DNA of 64,000 bases from Octopus vulgaris (GCA_951406725.2 OX597817.1:1984001-2048000), one strand, 5' to 3'; positions 25,700 through 38,905 are shown, numbered from the stretch's first letter. Notes: generated from the sequence alone by a model not told the origin. A program made the numbers and translations.

Positions 25700-26560
25700 C
25701 TGCGTTTACTAAACTATTTTATTCTTCTGTAATACAGGAATATACTTTTATTTTTGGAAGCAATTTAGACTGTATCTCATCCTCAAGAAAGGTAAATACT
25801 GACCTTGCTGACTACCCTCCTATCACACTCACTTCCAATTTCTCTAAAATAATTCTTTCTCCAACAGGAACAAGGCCTGAAATTTTGTGTGTGTGGTGGT
25901 GGGTCTAACCGAATACATCGACCACCAGTCCTCAGCTGCTACTTATTTTATCGACCCCGAAAGGAAGAAAAGCAAAGTCGACCTCGCGGGGAATTTGAAC
26001 TCCGAACGTAAAGCCAGAAAAATAAAAATGCACCTTGTCCAGCATGCTAACGATTCTGCTAGTTCTAACAACCATTAACAGCAATGTTCTTTACCACCTT
26101 GTATCTCTCTCTCTCCCTTTCTATCTTTCTCTTTCTCATCTCTCCTTCTCCTTAACGACGCGTACGGTTTCCGTAAATCAAAGTCTCATATTAAAGAACA
26201 TTTATGAAAGCAATGTTACTATCTTCTACACAAGCAAAGCTTTCGACCATATTTGGTATTCGAATCTTTTATTGAAACTGGTTGCCTATGGGTTCCATTC
26301 GTCTCTCATCTCTTCAATTTGTAGTTCTCTCCCTGACAGCATTATCGCAACGTGTTGATGGAGCTTTTTTAAGATTCACACTTTAACATATCCGTTGAGC
26401 TCCCGTTTTGTTCTTCACACTTTTCTCTCTCTATTTATAATTGACCTGTTTGCTGTTACACTCAACAACATCCACTCTTGTTTAGATGTTACTGACCTTC
26501 ATTCTTCTGTGACCTTCCCTAATCACGCATCATCAACACGCCGAAAATTAACAACATCAA
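25700..26560 (+). mobile_element. Highly decayed LINE RT fragment (Jockey/CR1 group), interrupted by a SINE
   Basis: DYPPITLTSNFSK and SKAFDHIWYSNLLLKLVAYG remnants. Confidence 0.55.
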
Positions 26561-27067
26561 TTAAATGGGACACAAACGACATGGTTTTAAATTTTGGCGC
26601 AAGGTCAGCGAAAATATTGAAAGAGATGGTTTTAGTCGATTACATCGACCCCAGGGATCAACTAATACTTATAGTATCGACCTCGAAAGGATAAAAGGTA
26701 AAGTCGACCTCGGCGGAGGAGTTTAAATTCACGCGCTGACGATTCTGCCAGCTAGCCGCGTGCGTGTGTATGTATGTATGTGCGTGCGCGCGCGTTTATA
26801 TATTTGTAAATACATATGTAAGTATATATGTATACATATATATATAATATAAGATACGTATATATATAATATATGATATATATATATATATGATATATAT
26901 AATATATGATATATATATATATATATGATACATATATGTATATATATATATATATATATGTATATATGATATATATATATATATAATATAATATAATATA
27001 TTTATACTATAAAATTGGATTTAATCCTAAATCTGTAAGTTTTCCTTTATTCCCAAATATTTTATTA

Positions 27068-27110
<43 letters not shown>

Positions 27111-27530
27111 GCATATATGAGTACAGGACGTCACAAATGGTGCAAATAACATGAAATACATAAACAATCGAGTTAAATACGTAAGCAACGAGGAAAAAAT
27201 GGAAAACTGAACAAGCAAACACAGTTGTCTATCTACTCCTCATTTCGAGCATTCAGCGACAACATGAGTCTTCAAAGACAGTTGCTCCTATAAATTCTAA
27301 AATAAAATTTAGGATATTTGGAGGGTCAAAGTTGGGAACAAAAATATGACAGTGGAGACATACAAGGAAACCGAACGGAAACAAAGATGGAGGGTCGTCA
27401 GACCAGAACGTGAGGAAAATAGTGAACGCCGGGAGAAAGATTTTTTGAAAAGAGAAAAGATATGTATGTATATATATATACATGTATGAATGTATGTATA
27501 TACATATGTGTGTGTGTGTGCGTGTGTGTT

Positions 27531-28520
27531 TACGCCGATGGAAATCTTAATACAGAAATACAGGTGCGAATTCAAAGGGCAGGAAAAGCATTTGGTGGCT
27601 TGGAGTCACGCGTTTGGTGCCAGCGACATATAAATAAGAATACAAAGCTGGCTCTTTACAAATCATTTGTCTTACTCTCCCTGTTGTATTCCTGGGAAAC
27701 TTGGACTTTTTATAAAAGGCATTTTAAACTGTTAGAACAATTCCACCAAAAATGCCTTCATCGCATTTTAAAAATTAAATTCAATTCTTTTACTCCAAAC
27801 ACAGACGTCCTTGCATCTGCCGGCATTACCTCAGTTAAAGCTATGATTTTGAGGAACCAAATGAGACGGTGTGGCCATATTGTTCGAATGGCAGATGAAC
27901 GCATGCCGAAACAGCTGTTTTATGGTGAGCTTGCAGAGGGGAAACACTATCGCTGTAAATCTTGTTTAAGGACGGCATAAGGGCTACTATGAAGTCACTT
28001 GGAATGAATCCAGAAGGCATAGAAACCCTTACTTCGGATCGAGTTGGATGGCGAACAAAGATGTGTAGTGGAGTGAAAGCATTTGAAGAGGCTAGGGTAA
28101 CGTATGTAAGACTCAAAAGAGATCTGAGGAAGAATGTAACGATCGAGAAGGTGAATGACAATGACCTTTCTGTGTGTATAGTCTGTGATAGACCATACCT
28201 GTCTTTTGCTGGGCTCAAATCTCATCTGCGAACCCATGGAAAACGAACCTCCACCAACTATTCTGCCTATATATCTGCACACCTTTGAATGCAGTGTATG
28301 CCAGAAGGTTTGCAAATCCAACGGAGACCTCAAAAGACATTTTAAGATCCACAAAGATCAGAACTTAGCTGTAGCTCTTGGTGGTCCGAATTGGACGTGC
28401 AATCTATGTGGGTGTCTTTTCAGAACTTTGTCTGGTTTAAAAAGCCACATCAGATGCCATGATGGTGCTAAGGTGTAGCTGCAGGAGGTGGTCAAAATCT
28501 GCATAATGAGTAGACAATCA
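27531..28520 (+). mobile_element. RTE-clade LINE 3' end carrying three C2H2 zinc fingers
   Basis: EIQVRIQRAGKAFG.L..RVW, LLYSWETW, GHIVRMADERMPKQLFYGEL, then CIVCDRPYLSFAGLKSHLRTH, CSVCQKVCKSNGDLKRHFKIH and CNLCGCLFRTLSGLKSHIRCH across frameshifts. Confidence 0.9.
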
Positions 28521-28782
28521 CCATATACATATGTATGTATATGTATATAAGTATGTATATATGCATGTATACATATGTATATATGTATGTATATATTTGT
28601 ATGTATATATATGTATATTTATATATGTATATATACATGCATATATATGTATGTATACTTTGATACTTTGATACTTTGATAGGTTTCGGCCATTATTGGC
28701 CCAGGCCATGTCTAACTTAATAGCACCACCTGGTGAAGTCTTTCAAGTCAGAATTATATATTTGTATGTATATATGTATGTA

Positions 28783-28813
<31 letters not shown>

Positions 28814-29224
28814 ATATATATGCATATATATACATATATATGCATGTATACATTCATATATATATATATGTGCATGTATATATACGCATGTGTATATATG
28901 TATATATATTTGTATATATGCATGTATATATATGTATATATACATTTATATATGTATGTATATATATATATGCATATATATGTGTGTGTATATATATATG
29001 CATATATATATATATATATATATACATATATACACATGTATGTATATACATTTCATTTATTCTTTTACTTGTTTCAGTCATTTGACTGTGACCATACTGG
29101 AGCAGTGTCTTTAGTCGAACAAATCGACACCAGGACTTATTTACTTGTCTCTAGGCTAAACCGATAATAACCATTCCTAGTTCTGTACTTTATCTATGAA
29201 TGCATTTTCAATAATACATGATAA

Positions 29225-29897
29225 ATAAAAAAAAAACATGTGTGCTAAAATCTTGTCCTTGTTATATACAATCGTCGATACAGTTGTCCGACTTATCCCC
29301 CAAAATCGAGCAATTGCTACCACTTTTTCACCTTTTCCATGGCGTTTTATCATAGCCAGTTTATCTTCCAGAATTATAACATGACGCTTAGCACTTTCAC
29401 TATGAATTTTCTTAGGAGCCATGGAGACAAAAAATAAAGTCACAAATGAATGAGAATGAGAAAGTAGCCGATAAACAGACGTAAACAGATCTGAAATCAA
29501 AACAATCGCGGAAATCACGAGTGACAACGACGCCTAACTATAGATATTGGAATTACAGTGCAATATGAGCTCGGAAAGACCGATAAGACAACACAGCTGA
29601 ATTCATGATTTCTTTCACTAAGCTACAGTACTTTATGGTGTGTATCTTAACATTTACTGTACTATTTTGATATGATTTTATATGCTTTTATTCTTATTTA
29701 TTGTATAGTTACATGATTTTAATATGCTTTTAACGGTTTTCTAGTGATTTTACGATTCCAATATTTGTGGCGGACAGACGTAAGGTTGAGTAAAATGACT
29801 TATCTTGTTTTTTTTATTTTTGCATATATTATTTTTGAAAACCGACGCATAATCAAGAACGACTTAAATCGAAACAACTTAAGCTGAGGTATGTCTG
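29225..29897 (-). mobile_element. Tigger/pogo-like transposon 5' fragment (CENP-B-type N-terminal HTH)
   Basis: MAPKK...KRHVIILEDKLAMIKRHGKGEKVVAIARFWGISRTTVSTIVYNKDKIL. Minus-strand terminus TA|CAGACATACCTC at 29897. Confidence 0.8.
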
Positions 29898-32244
29898 TAC
29901 ACAAACACACGCACACACAAACACACACATAAATATATATTGACACACAATCCGATTTATAGGATACTACTGAATATTTTATAAATATAAACACATTTAA
30001 ATGGAAACAATAAATTACGGACAATACTGGAGTTTACGACATCAGCCACTTTCACGATAGCGAACAATTAATTTCTATTTCTTTACTACCCACAAAGGGC
30101 TACACACAGAGGGGACAAACAAGGACAGACAAACGGATTAAGTTGATTACATCGACCCCAGTGCGTAACTGGTACTTAAATTATCGACCTCGAAAGGATG
30201 AAAGGCAAAGTCGACATCGGCGGAATTTGAACTCAGAACGTATTAAACTTTTATCAGGACCGTATTTTCTTTTCCTTTTCTTTTTCCCTTTCTATTTATT
30301 TTTATTTTTATTTTACACTTTCAGTGTTCTCAAAATGCTTGTTTGGTTTCACCACTGCTACACAGATTTAAAACATTTTGTTTTGATTTTTCTTGCCTGT
30401 AATTAATGCGTGTTGTTTTTAATCAATTAAGATACGTGTATTTTGAATTTTCTTTGTTTTTTTTTTCTGTGGGGCATTTATAAAATATTACATCTAAAAG
30501 AAAGATAATACAAAACAAAAAGGAACAATTGCAACAACAGTAGTAAATTCTAATATAACGAAAAGCAGTAAAAAGAGAATCAAAAACGACACGTGATAAA
30601 ATCTTCGAAGTAATTCTCAACATAATTTTTACATAGCGACAGAGAACGGCCGAACACTGAACGCAAAGGTGCTTGACAGAGATGAGAAAAAAAGAAGTCA
30701 GATCCTGATAGAAGATACACAATTAAAATCAAAGTATTTCTCTAAGGTGAGGCTGCGGTTTTAAACTCAAGAATTGTCAAATTATGTTCGACATTCTATT
30801 GTATTTGAAGCTGCATTCTGACTTTTCGAAGATCTCATATGTAAATGACGAATTTTGTTAAAGTGTCCCAAAATACATCGTATCTATAAAATGTCATCAA
30901 CGAGAATTGTGTGTGTGTGTGAGTGTGTGTGTGCGTGCGTGTATGAAATACTCCAGGAATTATTTCAAACTCACAATTTCACTCTTCATGCGTGATTTTT
31001 AGATGAAAAAACAGCAGGCCGGCAAAGTTGTTACCACTCCAGACAAAATGCTTTGCGAAAATTTTTCCGGTTCTTTGTGTTCTGAGTTCAAAATTACGTC
31101 GAAGTTAACTTTGCCTTTAATCCTTTTAGGGATATAAAATTACATAAACCCCAGTTGAGCACTGGGGTCTATGTAATATCCCAAAATTTTAGGCCTTGTA
31201 CTTATAGAAGAAAAGATTATTTCGGGATGGTTTCGGAAAACCGTTGAGATATGGTAACGTCGCTTGAAAACAGACATCGACGTTAAAAAATATAGGCGTG
31301 ACTGGCAGGTGACTGTATTGGTAGCCGTGATGGGGGTTTGTTTAATAATGATAATGAGGTCATTAGGGGACAAATATTTCTAGACGATAGTCAGTACGAT
31401 ATTGAGTTTTTTTTTCTTTTTGAAATTTCAAAAGCAGCGGGTGTAGGATCCTCCACACTGCTGTTCAGACAACTGTCCCTGAAACCAAACCCCAATGTCT
31501 TAAAAATTATCTTAGGATAATTTAGTCCTGGAGAATGTAACTCCATATGTTTGGCAATTGCAGATATGATTATCGGGCCTTGTGCCTAGAGTAGAAAAGA
31601 ATTACAGACCTGATTATCGCAGTAATTTCCTATTTGATGTTCATAAAATCATAGTGATCCAATAACTTTATTTCAATCAAACGTTTCTTACCATAATTAA
31701 AAGTGGTACACACTCCGAATAACGCGTAAAAAGTAGGAAAAATATTAGACTTATTTTGAATAGAGTTTCGCCCTGGGCACAGGTGAGGATTCTTCAACAG
31801 TTCACGGCAGGCACATCAAGCAATACAAGTCGCTGAATCTGAGAAAGATCGAGACAGTGACGTAATTGTATGCCTTTCATTGAGTTTTTGCTGATTTGTA
31901 AGTATTTATTTCGTTGGGATTCACAATAAAACGGGGAGCAGAAGGGCGTCTACAAGACATGCTAATCGAGTTGAAATGAAATTGTATCTAAAACAAATTC
32001 GATTTTACGAACGTCAAATCGGTAATTCCTGATTATCACTGTTGGAATGTCTTTGATCACAAGATTGTGGTTGACCAGTGTTAAATCTGGAGTTAAACTC
32101 AAGCTTCGTCGCTGTTTTTATTTGCTGGTATTGTGCTCACTCCTTCCTCATGTGTATTATTGTAAACACAGAAGAAAATTCCTCTGTCTATATAATTTAG
32201 CGAAAACAGGAAAGAAATGTTAGCCAAGCTCGAGGGAAATATAA

Positions 32245-32362
32245 CGTCTGTGTGCTTGTGTGCGTGTGTGTGTGTGCGTGTGCGTGTGTGTGTGTGTGTG
32301 CGTGCGTCCGTGTCTGTCCGTTTCTGTGTGGGTGTGTCTGCATGCGTGTGTGTGTATCTGCG

Positions 32363-32403
<41 letters not shown>

Positions 32404-32590
32404 CGTACGTGTCTGTCCGTTTCTGTATGGGTGTGTCTGCATGCGTGTGTGTGTATCTGCGCCGTGTGTGTGTGTGTGTGCGCGTGTGTGTGTGTGTGTG
32501 CGTGCGTGTGTGTTTGTCCGTTTCTGTGTGTGTGTGTGTGTGTGTCTGCATGCGTGTTTGTGTATCTGCGCCGTGTGGTGTGTGTGTGTC
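32245..32590. repeat. Compound (GT)n microsatellite with a ~100-bp higher-order unit, about 3 copies
   Basis: Block tgtccgtttctgt...tctgcatgcgtgt...tatctgcgccgtgtg recurs three times. Confidence 0.85.
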
Positions 32591-32828
32591 ATCCACCATT
32601 TTAAACTGTTATTACATTCGTTGTCGACAAAGTAAGTATACAACACATTTAAGAAATTGGAAGTTTTATAGAACAAAGATAAAACGAAGAAGAAATAGAA
32701 CGACTTTTATCTCTTGATAAGTAACGTATATAGTTATTATCATTTAGCCCCAGGTCAATCCAAATCAAATGATTAAATACATTCCAGTCATGACCATCCA
32801 ATCTTTTTCTAGAGGTACATAGAACTAT

Positions 32829-33132
32829 GTGTGGAGGCACATGGCCTAGTGATTAGAGCAGCGGACTCGCGGTCGGGAGATTGCGGGTTCGAATCTCAGA
32901 CCAGGAGATGTGTGTGTTTATGAGCGAAACACCTCAGCTTCACGCGGCTCCGGCAGAAGGTAATGGCGAACTTCTGCTGACTCCTTCGCCACAACTTTCT
33001 CTCACTCTTTCCTCCTGCATCTTGCAGCTCACCTGAGATGGACCGGCGTCCCTATACCGGGAACCTATACGCCAAGGAAACCGGGAAACGGGCCCTTATG
33101 AGCCAGACATGGCTCGAGAAGGAACAAACAAA
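32829..33132 (+). mobile_element. Young tRNA-derived SINE
   Basis: A box TGGCCTAGTG, B box GGTTCGAATC, TSD acatagaactat (32817-32828 and 33133-33144). Confidence 0.9.
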
Positions 33133-33340
33133 ACATAGAACTATACTATGTAATATACCGTTTCCTTATTTAAAACGTTAAGATGTGTTATTAAGAAGAT
33201 ATGATTGCACTTCGAGCAAATTGAGCGAACATGTAAGGGCTCGCTTGTTTGTAAAAAAACCCAAAAACAACAAAAAAACAAACAAAAACAAAACCCTTAG
33301 AAAAAAAAAAGCGACCGAATTGTAGCGAAACTATGTAAAT

Positions 33341-33635
33341 CATAGGTTCTCAAAGTGGGTGCTACCCCGGTGGGCGTTGGTGCCTAAGGGGGAGGTGGAG
33401 AAAAAGGAGGCGCTAGGAGGAAGGCAGTGGATTGGGGGACGCTATGAATATATTATAATATTATTATAGTATTGTATACAAATTATATAATATTATATTA
33501 AATATATTATGAATCATAATATATAAATTAATAAAATATAAAATATTTATTTATACATAAAAATAGGAGTGGGACCACTGAGGGCATTATGTGGCCATGA
33601 GTGGGGCTGCGGGCCAAAAAGTCTGAGAAGCTCTG
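33341..33635. mobile_element. hAT (Charlie-like) MITE
   Basis: Imperfect TIRs cataggttctcaaa / tctgagaagctctg; perfect 8-bp TSD atgtaaat on both sides. Confidence 0.85.
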
Positions 33636-33757
33636 ATGTAAATGATATGTTGTTTCGTTGGCATTGCTATCAACCGTTTGCAAACAAGAGACGTAACAGC
33701 GTTTTTATAAGACGCTTTGAACGTACGACATTTTGATTTTCAACAAAGTGTCGAAGC

Positions 33758-33836
33758 ATGACCGAGCTAGAAATTTCGGTTTTATCTTTCCTGGTTCTCA
33801 TGTTTAGTCAAACGATTTGTTCGGCTTCTTATAATG
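33758..33836 (+). CDS. Exon 1 of an unrecognised type I membrane protein; signal peptide MTELEISVLSFLVLMFSQTICSASYN
   Basis: Hydrophobic N-terminus with small-residue cleavage region. Donor G|GTGAGT (phase 1) is compatible with the acceptor at 38134. TATAA at 33706. Confidence 0.65.
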
Positions 33837-34335
33837 GTGAGTTTTATACATACATACATACATACATCTTACTGTGTATTAGTCTATATGTATATATGTA
33901 CCTATTTCTCCATGTCTCTCTCTCTCTCTCTCTCTCTCCCTGTCTCTCTTTCTACGCACACTCAAACATTTAGTCACTCGGTTTTCTATGGATTTTCGTT
34001 CTCCCTTGCGTCCAAGACTATCACTTTTGTATCTTTCCCACCTGTTGCTGTAAGTGATAATGTTTATATTCCCATTGATCTGAGAAGCTGCAGCCCGTCT
34101 TTTGGTCAGCAAAATACGTGGTTTGAAATTTGTAAAGTCTTGATGAAATGTTGGAATTATGGTGTTATTTGGGTGATCTTAAAACACGGCCGAACCATTC
34201 GGGTTTCTTCTTATTAACTTAGCAATAGTATCTGTAATATGAAGCTTTTTTTCACGGAAATATTTCTACGTCACTCGTGTAATATCACCAGTATAGACCT
34301 TAAATACTACATGTGAAAATCATCCAGCCTACCTA

Positions 34336-34501
34336 TACTAGCGTAGTTGGGCGGGGGCGGTAGAGGTGGTGCGCACCGGGCGGCATTTTTAAAGGGTTGG
34401 CACTTTTGGGTCTGCTGTAGGCAGTATGTGTTTTTAGTGGGGTCCGGTGGCGGCAAACGGAAGGGCTGCCCCGGGCGGAACATACTCTAGCTACGCCAGT
34501 G
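34336..34501. mobile_element. Small GC-rich MITE, possibly hAT
   Basis: Imperfect TIRs tactagcgtagttg / ctagctacgccagtg; similar flanks (ctacct). Confidence 0.5.
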
Positions 34502-34741
34502 TCTACCTGCATCCCTAGATTTTAGGATTCACTTTCCAGATGTAAATGTAGCGATTGTAAAAATAAAGACGTTATACAGTCTGACTTTGGGTCACTGACT
34601 GACGACCCCATCTATTCCAGATGATGCCTATTTAGTTTTCCCGACGCTTCAGAAGATGAACCCATAATTTCTCATCTTCATACATTCTCACATATTTTCG
34701 TACATTCCCATGCTATTTTTGAAACGTCCAGTTTAATGCAT

Positions 34742-35009
34742 TAGAGCCGGTTTCCTGGTTTCCTTGGCGTATAGGTTCCCCACCTGGACGGGACGCCAGT
34801 CCGTCGCAGGTGAGCTGCAAGATGCAGGAGGAAAGAGTGAGAGAAAGTTGTGGCTAAAGAGTCAGCAGAAGTTCGCCATTACCTTCTGCCAGAACCGCGT
34901 GGAACTTGTGTTTCGCTCATAAACACACACATCGCCCGGTCTGAGATTCGAACCCGCGATCCCTTGACCGCGAGTCCGCTGCTGTAACCACTAGGCCATG
35001 TGCCTCCAC
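34742..35009 (-). mobile_element. tRNA-derived SINE, same family as 32829-33132, inverted
   Basis: Close reverse complement of that copy; TSD ccagtttaatgcat (34728-34741 and 35010-35023). Confidence 0.9.
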
Positions 35010-35145
35010 CCAGTTTAATGCATGCTTCGTAAATGTTCAGTGAAAATTTTCAGTATGCCAAAGTTCATAGACATTGATTTTTTTTCGTCAGCATACCTAA
35101 TATTTTCGGAGAGAATGTCAGTGAGCACTAGTGTTTCATCTAAAT

Positions 35146-35485
35146 CCTTGGTTCTCAACCCGAGTCCATATGACACCTGAAGGTCAATAAGAGATCTTTG
35201 GGGGTTCACGCAAGCAAAATACAAAAGTGGCAACCCACAATAGTGTATTAAGGGTGCACGAATGATATTTTCTTTAGATGTATGTATTGCAAGAAACAGC
35301 TGGGTTTCTTTCTCTAACATTTTACAGAGTTCAGTATACACAAATTAATGTGTGAAAAACAAAATAGGAATTTTGGAAGAAATATCTATAAAACTGGTTT
35401 TTAAACATTGAATGGTTATTGTGATCCACCAGAATAAGGTAATAATCAAAGGATTCTATTGATAAAAGATGGTTGAGAATCACTG
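35146..35485. mobile_element. hAT (Charlie-like) MITE
   Basis: TIRs ccttggttctcaacc / ggttgagaatcactg; perfect 8-bp TSD atctaaat. Confidence 0.85.
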
Positions 35486-36289
35486 ATCTAAATGTTTCAG
35501 TTCTTTCATGGTAAATTCTGTAAAACCTATTTCTTTACTGCCCCAAAGGGGCTAGGCACAGAGGGGACAAACAAGGACAGACAAATGGATTAAGTCGATT
35601 TTATCAACCCCAGTGCGTAACTGGTACTTATTTAATCGACCCAGAAAGGATGAAAGGCAAAGTCGACCTCGGCGGAATTTGAACTCAGGACGTAGCGGCA
35701 GACGAAATACTTATTTTTTTACTACCCACAAGGGGCTAAACACAGAGGGGACAAACAAGGGCAGACAAACGGATTAAGCCGATTATATCGACCTCAGTGC
35801 GTAACTGGTACTTATTTAATCGACCTCGAAAGGATGAAAGGCAAAGTCGATCTCGGCGGAATTTGAACTCAGAACGTAACAGCAGACGAAATACCGCTCA
35901 GCATTTCGCCCGGCGTGCTAACGATTCTGCCAGCTCGCCTATAAAACCGATGAAAATGTTGAAGGATTGCAAACAGCTTTATCTCAGATCCATGCGAACT
36001 TTAAAGCAACCTGTCGACTGATCGCCCTTAACCACAATATACTCGGCACTGTTGTTCAGCGATTTTTCAATTTACCCAAATTATCTCCAATACTTCATGA
36101 GTATAGCCTCACCCACTAAGATGTTTGGAGAACTCATATGTGTTTTAGCTGATGAGTACGGGACACTTTTATCTGCTGCAATATTTGCAACTTTTAATAA
36201 AGCCTGTCTTTGTATGAAACAATTGTACTAAAAACTAATCCATTCTTGTTGCTTCTTTCTCGTATATAAATATATATATATATACAAAT

Positions 36290-36476
<187 letters not shown>

Positions 36477-38134
36477 CATATATATATCTCGAATATCAGC
36501 AAGAGCTAGACAAAGACATGGCGATTTTTAAAACACACGCCTTAAATATCACTGACATACATTGGTGCAGAAATGTACCTGAATATTTGAAGTGGAAAAG
36601 AACGTTATCATTCGTTTATGTGGAACTGATAACATTAAATGACAAAGACAGTTTATGAGAGTATAGAAAGAAGCAAGAAATCCGACAACTGTTGCTTAGA
36701 TTAAATAGCTTGTCTTTCCATATCTCATATAGAATGATAACTATTTTTACAAATTTAAGTTCCGGAGACAAGTTACAATAACGAAGTTTGATCTGGTGTG
36801 AAATTGGCCAAATGGCCTTTTAATGTTATGTCACGTCTGCATTCTATATTTAACTGCTTTGTTCAGGTTTTTGAAATATTGCATGTCTCTGTGATTGTTT
36901 TCTTGTATGATTTTGTGCTATTATACATTAGCAATCTGCAGTAAGTATCTAGTTCATGTAGTCTTTTGGTTCCCTCAGCTTACACTTATATATTAGATGA
37001 ATTTATGTAAAGTGGTAAATGTTTACTAAATGTGTTTCAGAATGTATCGACATAATTATCAAATCTTACAATTTTTACGAGTTTGATTAATTAATTTTGA
37101 ATTTCCAGGTCTGTTGAAATAGGCGCTTAAATGATAGGTTATAGTGGTATCATGATTTATTTTTAGCGCATGAATTACAGGTTCTAATTTCATTTATAGT
37201 GCTTAGTTAATTGGGGGGGGGAGCTTCATGGTGTTTATAACGAGCAAGAGAAATATTTTTATTCTACTGTACAATATTTATTCGGCGGATAGCTTCTGTG
37301 TTTTGTTTTAAAGTTTCACTAACATTCAATCGACTCGGTGTCTGGACATCCCATGGTCAGTAATAATTCATTAAGATGTATTGTTTCAAAGGCAAAATGC
37401 ATACAATGACCTCAATATTCACCGTGAATCAGCCTGGTTTCATCCCGGGCAGGAGAGAAGAAACTTTCTCGTCATTCCTCCAATCAAAGAAATATGTTAT
37501 CTTCAAATCTTAAAACACATTTTTCATCCAGCAGAATTCGGAGTGTAAACTGGTTGTGACAAGAAGTGAAGTAAGAAGAGATTCCACACTTAAAATCAAC
37601 CAAGGTTAAAGGAAAATGTTCACCCCTACTAACGAGTCAAATATAAGTCATCCAGCTTTAACAACGACATACTTAGGGACACTAAGCAATTCCAAGGGTG
37701 TTAAGAAGCCTACACGCGAAACCGAGTAAATGTTCAAGCTAATCGTAGACTTTTACTATTGGGCCAGGAACAGCAATTTCTCGTTCAAGATAAAAGCTTA
37801 GTAGTCAATACCCTGAACTTACCCGCGAAACCCTAAAGACAAATATAACCTGGGAGTTTAAGTTTGAGATTAAACCTTGGAGATTTGAAGTAAAACCCGA
37901 GAAGTCATTTGTAAAATAACTGGAACCAAGGACGTAAACCCTAGAACTAAATAGATAAGTTGAAAATAAATTCTATTCTCAGAACTTTGATTTTCTTTGA
38001 CTTCTGTCTCTCCTTCGCTTTCTTAATTTTTCACTCTTTGTCCCGTCTATAAAATATATTCAAAAGTGCCAAGTGTTCATTGTTTAGGTGTTACAGTTTG
38101 ATTAAGCTTATAAAATCTCATTTAATTCTTACAG

Positions 38135-38577
38135 GATCGATATCAACTGTGAGAAGCGTGTCAGCGATCACGCCAACTCACCGACAATATTTGGCAGAGA
38201 GCATTGACAGAGAAAATGGCGTCGATGACAGGGAAGACTTTGTTGGTGACGCCAATACTGGTAGAAACAATGCAAGTACAAGCCTTCGCAGTAATAGAGA
38301 TGACGGAAGAGCAATAGCAGCTACAGAACCACAAATATTAACTACAACAACAACAGCAACAACAACAACAACAACAACCGTGAAAATCAACCGAAACGGC
38401 AATATTGCAAAGGAGAAGTCGTCCAAACTGGAGAAACCAATATTTGGTGTATTGCTATTTCTCGGTTCGATATTCATTTTGGTAGTAGGAGTTCTTCTGG
38501 AAATTTCTAATAGATACAAGCAGAGGGAAGAAAAAGCATCTCTGAAAAAATTTGATGAAAAATATACGCTTTTGTAA
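38135..38577 (+). CDS. Exon 2: Thr-rich stalk, TM helix PIFGVLLFLGSIFILVVGVLL, cytoplasmic tail ending EKYTLL*
   Basis: Acceptor ttcttacag|GA (phase 1), 443 nt open to TAA, AATAAA at 38577-38582. The joined CDS is 173 aa. Confidence 0.72.
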
Positions 38578-38636
38578 ATAAATGTTCCCTAAGACATCTG
38601 AGGTTTAGATTTTATTTTTTGGGGGATTTGAAAAGC

Positions 38637-38693
<57 letters not shown>

Positions 38694-38694
<1 letters not shown>

Positions 38695-38905
38695 TGCTGA
38701 CAAGTACGGCTCACATCCTTAGAAAACGCCTATCAATTTAAATGTTTGAGTTGTACTATATGGAGGTATTTCCCAACTGCTCTCACCGCTTTCCCTCCTC
38801 AAGCTTTCAGTTTAATTATATTTCAACATCTCTGAACCTTCATTTGCCTTAGGGTGCTGGGTTTGTTCCGGCAAGGGATTGCATCAAACATGCGGATTGA
38901 AAGTA
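38694..38905 (+). mobile_element. R4/Dong-like LINE extreme 3' fragment after an (AAT)n tract
   Basis: VLTSTAHILRKRLSI* resembles the R4-clade C-terminus. Confidence 0.55.

Noticed and set aside
28185-28478. Host C2H2 zinc-finger gene
   Set aside because: Contiguous with RTE RT sequence, frameshifted, lacks TGEKP linkers, and is duplicated with the LINE at 46800.
28696-29167. Many overlapping YI/CV/HT-rich ORFs here and at ~32100-32700, 36200-36500, 43425, 44800, 46100, 51360-52720, 53850-54450, 56860 and 61870
   Set aside because: They are translations of stop-free microsatellites.
32829-32905. tRNA-like sequence with A and B boxes
   Set aside because: It is the head of a SINE with TSDs and a second copy at 34742-35009, not a tRNA gene.
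37300-37580. Possible additional internal exon of the orphan membrane gene
   Set aside because: The candidate acceptors near 37530 hit a TAA within a few codons in the required phase.
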